From an uncultured Methanosarcinales archaeon (GTDB lineage Archaea; Nanobdellota; Nanobdellia; Woesearchaeales; CAIVOO01), in NCBI GenBank assembly GCA_964485195.1, contig CAZAIK010000001.1, positions 184,573 through 204,572 of the forward strand: a stretch of DNA of 20,000 nt. Reading direction: 5' to 3'. Shown here piece by piece: positions 9,747 to 18,400 of the stretch. The notes under the pieces were generated by a model. That model saw only the letters and a list, made by a program, of their open reading frames with translations. It made no database searches and had not been told where the DNA came from. Position 1 is the first letter of the stretch. Each line of letters starts with the position of its first letter. A program made the position numbers and the translations under genes.

Positions 9747-9762
9747 AAAACAAAAAATAAAA
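9747..9762 (-). terminator. Possible archaeal oligo-U terminator
   Basis: The minus strand reads TTTTATTTTTTGTTTT between the end of the 11960 gene and the next promoter. A similar T tract lies at 9898-9907. Confidence 0.25.
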
Positions 9763-9959
9763 GTATGTTCCTGCATTAATCCTGAAATCTTTTGTATGCC
9801 TTCGCTGGATTGCCACGCAGGAAAATAAGATAAAAAGCCAAAAGCGTTCTGCCATATGCAATTTATGTTTTTGAATCCAGCTCTGGCAATGGAGCACAAA
9901 CAAAAAATTAATGTTAAGAGCTGGACATTAAAAGATTGTTAAAATATTAAACCCAATGA

Positions 9960-11960
9960 TTAAGTTGTTTGCGTTGCATTNNNNNNNNNNNNNNNNNNNN
10001 NNNNNNNNNNNNNNNNNNNNNNNNNNNNNNNNNNNNNNNNNNNNNNNNNNNNNNNNNNNNNNNNNNNNNNNNNNNNNNNNGCGTTTGTTGTTCCTGACAG
10101 CGAGAGCATTGGTGTCAATGTTCCGCAGTTTTGCTTTACAACGCAGGCAAGTGCCGGCAATCCCTGAACTGTGAAATCCCTTGTTTCTGAAGTTACATTC
10201 ACAAACCTGTCCTCGCAGGTCACATTCCAGTAATATGTCTGGCCTGGATTTAGGCTTGCTGGAGAGAACCCTTGGATTATGACGTAGCCCAGTGGTTGTA
10301 TTGTTCTCTTGTCGCTTTCTACAAAGCTTCCCGAGGAGTATAGGCTTAAATTGCATTTTATTTCCTCATAGTCCTCGTCAGATGCCGTGTAATTCAGCTC
10401 AACATCTTCAGGGACTGAAGCTCCATCATCAGGTTTTTGAAGCGCTATGACAGGAGCAGCGTTTTCAATAATGGTGAATGTCCTGGTCTCGCTGGAATTT
10501 GTGTTAATCCCGTCAGAGCAGGAGGCGCTCCAGAAATGGTCTCCAGTGCCTAACCTCACTGTTTTTTCCACAAGCGCTCCTGAAGTCTGCTGTCCCAGCG
10601 AGGCGGTGCTGCCGTCCACAGAAAGCTGGCAGTCAAGCTCTCCATTTCCGTCTTGTTCATTATCATAAGGGGTGAAGTTGAAGTTAACATCCATTGCGGT
10701 TTCAGTGGTTGACAACACAGCGTTATGAACAGGCCTTTCAAGAACAATCCAGGGAAAGGTGTTGCCGACAGTTATTCTCAGGGAATCTGCAGCGCTCCTT
10801 CCAGTGTCCGGGTTTGTTACTGTGAATTTTATCAGCCTTGTAACCCCTATCTCATCATATGCGTGGGATTCTGAACATTCGTAGCTTTGGTTGAAAGTCC
10901 TCCCCCCTGATGGGTCGCAATCCGCAGTGTTTCCGTCTCCCCAGTCCCAGGAAGCTGTCAGTTCCCCGGGATGTGAGTCATTGCCATAGCCCACAAATTC
11001 AATGTTTGTTGCAGCTTTATCAGAAGGTATTACCAAAGGCCTTTCTGAAAGGTCAGAAAATATTCCTGGAGTGAAGTCCTCTGGCGCTATTCTCGCCTCT
11101 GGATAGGTGGTGCCGGGCAGGGCGAATTCCCTCACAAATTCAACAGAGCACTGCAACCCTGTGGAAACACTCTCTGCTATTCCCATAATTTTATACCTTC
11201 CATAATCAGCAGGGGCGAATTCGTAAGTGTCCTGGGCAGGAGAGGTTTTCGCGGCTGGTCGCTCATCACTATCTATTTCGTCTGCATTCTTGTCCGTGAC
11301 TATCCACGCAAATGTCAGGCGTGCGTCCTCAACATTCTCCAGCCTTGCTATCACGCTTGGGTGGTCTTCTGCCCCCATTTCAAATGACAAGGCATCGCTG
11401 GGAAGAAAGTCATATCTCTTGTAGAGTGGGACACCTGAAGCATTATAGCACCTTGGGATGGGCTTTTCAACCCTGAATGGCTCGCAGGGGTCGAATTCTG
11501 CAAAGCCTCCCCCTCCGTACATTCTGACATTTGCTGTTCCCCTGGTTGCATTGAAGCACTTGTAATGCGGTTCCAGACATACCCTGATGTCACCTCCCTC
11601 AAATGCTTCTGTGCTGGGGCCCAAGAGGAACACGTTGTTTGGGGAGTCGCTTTCTGCGCTGTCATTTATTATGTCAGGAGCATCAGCATCATCTTCTATG
11701 ATATCATTCTTGGTGGTATCTGTGAAGCATATCCTTGTGAAGTCCGCTCCAAGATAGTATGAATGCGTCCTGTTGGCCCCGTACTGCTGGCTTATCCTCT
11801 CAACATCGTTTCTTATTGTTTCTTTCAGAAGTTCAAGACTTGTTTCCTCTCCTGTTTCCCTGACCTGCATTACAGAGCTTACGCCGTAGTAAATTGCGGC
11901 AGCAGCGATTATGCCTCCTGCGATGTACAACAACGCCGTGGTCGCCTGCCCCTTTTTCAT
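9960..11960 (-). CDS. Type IV pilin-like protein (class III signal) fused to Ig-like, PKD and two tandem Ig-like domains; C-terminus uncertain because of the gap
   Basis: N-terminus MKKG|QATTALLYIAGGIIAAAAIYYGV. PKD signature WDWGDGN...SHAYDEIG..IKFTVTN. Two repeats end HFWSASCSDGINTNSSETRTFTI and YYWNVTCEDRFVNVTSETRDFTV. The sequence is reliable only from 11960 to 10081, so the true stop is unknown. Confidence 0.85.
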   Translation of the reverse strand: MKKGQATTALLYIAGGIIAAAAIYYGVSSVMQVRETGEETSLELLKETIRNDVERISQQYGANRTHSYYLGADFTRICFTDTTKNDIIEDDADAPDIINDSAESDSPNNVFLLGPSTEAFEGGDIRVCLEPHYKCFNATRGTANVRMYGGGGFAEFDPCEPFRVEKPIPRCYNASGVPLYKRYDFLPSDALSFEMGAEDHPSVIARLENVEDARLTFAWIVTDKNADEIDSDERPAAKTSPAQDTYEFAPADYGRYKIMGIAESVSTGLQCSVEFVREFALPGTTYPEARIAPEDFTPGIFSDLSERPLVIPSDKAATNIEFVGYGNDSHPGELTASWDWGDGNTADCDPSGGRTFNQSYECSESHAYDEIGVTRLIKFTVTNPDTGRSAADSLRITVGNTFPWIVLERPVHNAVLSTTETAMDVNFNFTPYDNEQDGNGELDCQLSVDGSTASLGQQTSGALVEKTVRLGTGDHFWSASCSDGINTNSSETRTFTIIENAAPVIALQKPDDGASVPEDVELNYTASDEDYEEIKCNLSLYSSGSFVESDKRTIQPLGYVIIQGFSPASLNPGQTYYWNVTCEDRFVNVTSETRDFTVQGLPALACVVKQNCGTLTPMLSLSGTTNXXXXXXXXXXXXXXXXXXXXXXXXXXXXXXXXXXNATQTT
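9981..10080. other. Scaffold gap (exactly 100 N, placeholder length)
   Basis: Run of 100 N. Confidence 0.97.
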
Positions 11961-11982
11961 TTTATGATTCTGCCTTATTTAA

Positions 11983-11994
11983 TTTATAAAAGTT
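11983..11994 (-). promoter_or_regulatory. Putative internal TATA box (AACTTTTATAAA) for the 11960 gene
   Basis: TTTATAAA lies 23-30 nt upstream of ATG 11960 in a 35-nt spacer. The 12-mer is identical to 19544-19555. Confidence 0.65.
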
Positions 11995-11995
11995 G

Positions 11996-12490
11996 TTATT
12001 CGCACTGGATTATCACTGAATCCCCTCCTCCTTCTGCCACAAAATTAATCGTGGTCCTGGTTATGTTGATGCAGTAAACAAAAGGCTCGCATTCCACCTT
12101 TATTTTTCCAGTGTCAAATGCAAGGAATTTCTTGCCCAGAAGGAATGCATTGTTTGGGGACTTGCTTTCAACACTGTCCCAGATGAGTGGGTAGCCTGAC
12201 TGGAGAGAGCTGTTCCTGATTTCCTCGTTTGTTACATTAAGGTGCAAGTCCACAAAACACAGCTTTTCATAGCCTTCTGCCACGGGATAGCTGAAGCTTG
12301 CGGTTGTTCCGTAATTGATTGCCAGCTTGCTGATGTCTGCCTTCATCCTCAGCTGGAACTTTTCCATAATGGCCTCCTCATTGGCCTCCTGAATGCTGGT
12401 TATGCCCCTGTAGCCGAAGTAAACCACCAGGATTATTATCAGCGCGGAGATGGTGTAAATGAATATTGAGCCTATGGTTGCCTTTTTCAT
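11996..12490 (-). CDS. Small pilin-like protein (164 aa), paralog of the N-terminal domain of the 11960 gene
   Basis: MKKA|TIGSIFIYTISALIIILVVYFGY gives a short basic leader plus a hydrophobic helix. It shares YG..SY, (L/I)CF.D, DS.ES.SPNN.FLLG, EP...C.N.TR.T.N and GGG...CE with the neighbouring gene. Its ATG overlaps the upstream stop (TAATG). Confidence 0.85.
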   Translation of the reverse strand: MKKATIGSIFIYTISALIIILVVYFGYRGITSIQEANEEAIMEKFQLRMKADISKLAINYGTTASFSYPVAEGYEKLCFVDLHLNVTNEEIRNSSLQSGYPLIWDSVESKSPNNAFLLGKKFLAFDTGKIKVECEPFVYCINITRTTINFVAEGGGDSVIIQCE

Positions 12491-15400
12491 TATGTTTGGG
12501 TCACGCTGAATGTCCTGGAATCAGTGACTGTATTGTCCCCTGCATCTGTGGCTTCTGCTGTGAGTGTGTAAGTTTCTCCAGCGTTGAGTGTTGCTGAGCC
12601 CTGAAGCACTGCGGGGGTGATGTTGGAATATGTTTGTTCCTTGTCAGCAACACTTGCCCCTGCGGAATCTGTAAGCTCATACATTATGTGCTGAACACCC
12701 ACATTGTCTGTTACTTCCACGCTAATGGTGGCAGTCGTGGAAGTGCCTCCTATTGTTATGTCGCTGTCAGGCAATATCTCTTCTATGACCGGGTCGGTAA
12801 TGTCTATCACGAACATTTGTGGCTCGCTGAAGTTCACCCTCCCCATTGTGTCTGCTGAGAAGAACACTATCTGATGGTAGCCTTCATCTGAAAATGAGAC
12901 AGAGACAGAGCCTGACTGGCTTGCTCCTGTGCAGTCTATGCGGGACCAGTCCTTGTCAAAGTTAATCAGCACCTGCTGTTCCACATCGCTTACGGATTTG
13001 TCTGTGAAGTATCCGCAGTATGAAAGGTTGTCCTGAACTGCATAGTCAAGTGTTAGAGTGTTTCCAGAAACTTCGAGACTTGTAATCTCTGTTGTTGGAG
13101 GGGTGGCATCTGGATAATAGGCACTTAACTGTATTGGCTTTAATTCATTGTTCTCCCATATTCCTGAAGAGGCTCCTTTTGTGTCTGTTGCATTTATGGA
13201 AATGTTGTACTCCCCTATGACTTGGTACTCGTGGAATTGTATGTTAGTGCCATTTACTTCAAAAAAGTCTGTGTTCGCACAATCATAACTGGTTATGGTT
13301 CCGTCTCCCCAGTCAAGCCGGCAGGTGCTTAAATTGTCATAATCGCTTGCATTGAAATATATTACAAATGAGCCGTTATAAACCTGAATAATTCCGTTGG
13401 TGAATGTAATATACAGTCCCAGCGAGATGTTGGCTGCAGGCCTCCTGTTAAGCATAAAGCCCTGCGTGACTTCGTCAAGAATTGCATTTATGTCAGTAAC
13501 ATTAAACTTAAAAACATATTCCTCGTTGGCAGGAGGCATTTCGGTAACTGGGTTGTCTGTGTAAATCCGGTGGGAGGTGTTCCACAAGAATGTGGCGTTG
13601 TACTCCTGCCATTTTGTAATGTTTGTCCAGTCCCTGATATCCCTGGTAATATAAGGAACAGATGGTGAAATCAACGAGTAGTTGAACGTAAAGGTATCTG
13701 GCTCTTCTGTGTCCTCGACTGTCAAATTCACTTCAAGGATTTCTCCTTCATTCACGAATTCAGCGAAAGGCTCCACCAGGGAAAGTTCAGGGGGTACCCT
13801 GTCCTTGGTGACGTTTATCTTTAATTGTACTGAATCTGTGGTTTCGCCGTCATCATCCTCTCCGTAACACTCATAATTGTCAATGTCATCTATATCTGAA
13901 GATGTTATGAAGAGCTTCCCTTCTGAAAATGTTATTTGCGTAGTCTGTACGTCAGTGAATGTGTCAATGAATGTGCATTGTATTGTAAGGTTTTCAGGGG
14001 CGTCGTCAATGTCACTCACGTAATCTTCCACCTTCAGCTCGCGGGTTGAGCCCCAGCCCATGATCAGTTCTTCAGGGAAGAGTATGTTGCCCTGCGGGTC
14101 TTTCTTCCATTCAGGAGCGTCATTGACATTGGTGATGGTTATGTTCAGTTTTTGTGTTGCTGTTTTTTGGTCATTATAACTGCCGGGCAAATCCCCTGTG
14201 TCACCTACTGTAATCCTTGCGCGGAATGTTCCTGTGTAATCCTCTATGTAGTCTGAACAGCTGAAAACCTGGTTGGAGATTCCGCAGCCAAACCCTGCCA
14301 ATAATGCTTCGTCTCCATCAGTGGCTGGTTCAGATTCAAATATTAAGCTTGCATCTGCTGTTTCCACATCATAAACATAGTCAGCCAAGTTAACAGACCA
14401 GGAAGATTCTGGTGCCTGGTCTTCAGGAGATTCTTGTTCAGGGATTGCTGTGAATTCCGGCGGAGTGTTCACAGGATGTACAGTTATTTCCAGTATTTTC
14501 TGCAAAGTGCCTGCTTCAGTGTTTATGTCTATTGTAAGTTTTCCCACTCCGTTCTGGTTAACGGCAGGGGTGCAGTTGATTTCAAAATCATCAATTTTAT
14601 TGCATCCAAGCCAGGCATCTGTCTCCGCTCCGACAATGCTTATGCTTTCGGCAAACCCGCTGTAATCTGATGACAAGTCAATTAAAAGGCTTGTCGGCTC
14701 TAATGTAGTGTTTTCCATCATATTATAATTTTCTGTGATTGGGGGAAGGTTTGTGGTTGTAACATCGTCTGTGCTTATCTTGAAGTCGCTGGTCAAAATT
14801 CCTGCCACCACCTTGTAATTCCCTCCTTCCTCAAAGGTGTGGGTTATTACCTTTGCATTTCCCGGAGGAACCCCGCTTATGGAAACTGCAGTGCCGTCAT
14901 CGAAGTCAACAGATGTTGCTATTATCTCCTCTTCTTCAGCAGGGTAAACAGTGACAAGATAACTTGCCGGCTCCCCTGCGGCTGTCGCGGCAGGGCCTTG
15001 TATTCCCACAGAGGATTCTGCCCCTTCTGGAGTGTAAGTTCCCTGCAGTCTCGTGTTGACTGTCAAGTCCTTCCAGTAAATGATGTTTTCTGCGTAAAGG
15101 TTCTGCCAGACTTCCGTGCTGTTAATCCTCACATTGCAGGATGCTGTGCTTCCAATGTCCTCCAGTCTTAATGCTTCTATTGTCTCGTTGCTGTGGCAGA
15201 GATTTTCCTCAACATTCTTGTAACCAACTGTCATTATGTTTCGCTGAAGTCCTCCAGTTCCTGCCTTTCTTTCCACCGCGCCCCTTATCTCCTTGTTGCT
15301 TGCCATTGAAATGTATAGTTTTCTCAGGTCCGCAATGTTTTCAAGGAACTGTTCAGTTCCCCTTATTGTCTCAACCTCTCCCACCAGGAAAAGCCTTGCC

Positions 15401-18400
15401 CACCTGAATATCGTCCGCAGGGGATGCCTTATCATCATATTGAACACGTCAGAGGTTGTGACTGTGTTGCTAATGTCAAACGCATCTCTTGAATAAATGA
15501 CTGTTTGGGTCTTGTTGTCCACCCATATGTTGGCATTTCCTGCTTCCACAAAATCATAATCATCGCAGCCTGTATAGTTCTTGGTTATGCTTGACTGCTG
15601 TATGGCGCCGTCGCAGTAGATGTTGTGGGCTCCCCCTGCTGAGCCTTTTGCTTCTGGGAACAGTCTCAGCAGGGAATACTCTGTTTCTGTGTTTAAAGGA
15701 ATGTTCGTGCTTGTTCCTATGTAGACTTCCTCATTGCCATCAAGGTCCACCAATGACAATGCGCAGAAGTTGTTTGCGCAGGGAAGCCCGTCAGTTCCGG
15801 GGCAGCCTTCTGAAGGCCCTTCTATCAGCTCCCTGACTGTCTTCTCGCTCAGCTCAATGTCCTTGTAATCCACCTGAGCCAGCACTTCATCAAAATCGTC
15901 GCAATAAATGGTGCCTCTTTTGAAATCGTAGCCTGTTATTGCTGCCCTTTTCTCCTCAAGAATGTCCAGGAGCTGCCTTGCCACCAGCTTTGTCCTGCTG
16001 GACCAGTTGCCTTTCTCGCAATAGTCATCCCCTTCGAAATATCCTGTGTCAACACATCCTTTTTCAGGCCCAAGATAGCACTGGTCAATCTGAGGGCAAT
16101 AGCCCTTGTCTGTGTTTTCAGGATTCCATTTCAAAACTGCCGGCCTCCAATTTCCGTTTATGCACCTGTAATACTCATTATTTCCATAAACCCTTCCATA
16201 TTTCTTTGAGCTGTTGAAAAAATAGGGAAGGCCTTCCTGCTCCTCATACTGAAAGATGTCTGCCTGGCTTGGAACGCAGGATTTCGGGGCTGAGACATTG
16301 CCGTAAAAGCACCAGTTTTCAGGACAGCAGGCTTTTGCATTTGCATCAAAAGGAATGTGCACAGAGAAATTTATAGTTTCCCCAGGGATTGCAGAGGTGT
16401 TCTTCCAAACCTTGTCAAAGTCGCAATACCAGCTTCCCTTCACATCACACTCTCCTTCCACACTGTCTAATGCGTCAGAATAATCCAAACTGTAAGGCCT
16501 TCCTGTTGAGCTTCCACCATATTCTAACTCAGCTTTAATAGCATCTGCCTTATCCTTACTTTTGCAGGTGTAAAACAGGCCATTGAAATATAGTAAAGAA
16601 GCGCTTCCGGGTCCTCCTGCAGGATTAGCATAGCTGAGGTTCATCACGCTGTTGTTTCTTACTGTGAATCCCTTCACGCACCCGTGCAAGGTGTCTGCAT
16701 ATGATTCTGCAACAACACCGCTCTCCTGAAGCCGCAGAAGGCTGGTACTTGCCAAGTCATCACCGCAGCAGGCATTCCCTGTCCATCCAAATCCTGGGGT
16801 GTTCTCGCAGACACCCTTCCCCACTGGGAATCCTGAAACATCAGAATCATTCTGGTCCATCTCGCTGACCCAATATCCGACATCTTCCTGAGGGTATTTT
16901 GCACAATATCTCCTATACTGGTTGTTTACGTTCCCTCCCGGGCCAAGATGTATCCTGTCAATTGCCAATGCGTTTCTCAATCTGAGAGTCCCGAAAACCT
17001 CATGAGTCATAAGCCTTTGCGGGACATCTTCCTTGTCGGCATAAAGTACCAATATCCTTGTGGAGTTGCTGGGAATTATTTCTCCATCCTCTACTGGTAT
17101 CACAACCCTCATCCACTTGCCTGCCTGAATCTGTCCTGTAACATAATCATCAACGTAGCCATCAAACAAGACTTTCCCGGGTATGTCTTCGTTAAGATAG
17201 TCCTGGAGGGATGTTTCTGTGAACTGGCTTGAAGGGGCGTAATCTGAGACCAAGAGTCTTAGATACTTTTGTTCAGGTGCGATAGCATATGCAATATAAA
17301 ATTCAAGGTTCAGTGTGTCTGTCCAGTTATATAATGGGTTGTCAGCATTTTCAATGATAAAAGGGTAATGATAGTAATCCTGTGGTATCTGGAGAGGCAT
17401 TCCAATTGCCAGGGCGTAGTTGATATTGCTGTTGTCCTTGGGAAATTCAAAAATGTCATAGAGGGGGTTGCCTGCTCTCCTGGTTTGTGAACCCAGATCC
17501 TCATTCTTGCACAGCCCCAGGCTGTAGCCGCAGCATTCAGTGTATTCCGATATTCCATCCATATCTGAGCAGATAAATCTCTGGGCGAGCCATCCTGCCT
17601 GGTCAAGGTCGGGTATTTCGCCTGCACATCTTAAAGTTCCGGTGCCGTCATCCCTGCAAATTCCTGAAATGCAGTCATCGTCTGTGCTGCATTTCTGTCC
17701 ATCCCAGCATTTTGCACATCCATCTCCGCAGTCAACGTCTGATTCCCCTTCATCTGTAAGTTCGTTATAGCAATGGGCAGGTGCTTCAGAAGGTTGGATG
17801 TCCCATAAGGAAATCCCGGGTTCAAACTGGTTATCTGGTATTAAGGCGGTGTTAGGACCAACGCCGTAATTTGAGACCTCTCCTTCAAGCTCTTCGGGCG
17901 TGATTAGTGTGGGTATTCCTATGGGGGCTTCATAACTCAAAGTTCTAAGATTCTGTGTGAAGCTTATGTCAGAAGCACTTTCATAAGCAAGGCTCGCGCT
18001 TCCCGAGGCGTTGCAGGCGTGCCATCCCAAGGAGTTGGAGATGACATTGAATCCGTTTATTGGTTTTATTTTGAAATCTTCTTCAGCTGGATTCAGCCAG
18101 GACCATTGTGTGTTATTATGATAGCAAAACCAAGGTGTATCCTCGCCTGTCGTATCCCTGTGAATTTTCCCGTAATCAACAAAAGCTCTGCTCTCGTGAA
18201 TGAGGTGGACATCATCAATCCATAACCTGGACTTGCCCACATCCTCTGGATTTGGGAGAGAGGGCACGACAATCTCAAAATATCTGAGCTGTTGTGGGCC
18301 TGGTAAGGTCATAGGGATTTGCACGTGCTTCCAGTCATAGGTTCCTTCGGGGATGCTTGTCGATACTGGAGTGGCGGTCTTATTCAACAGAGCATAACTT

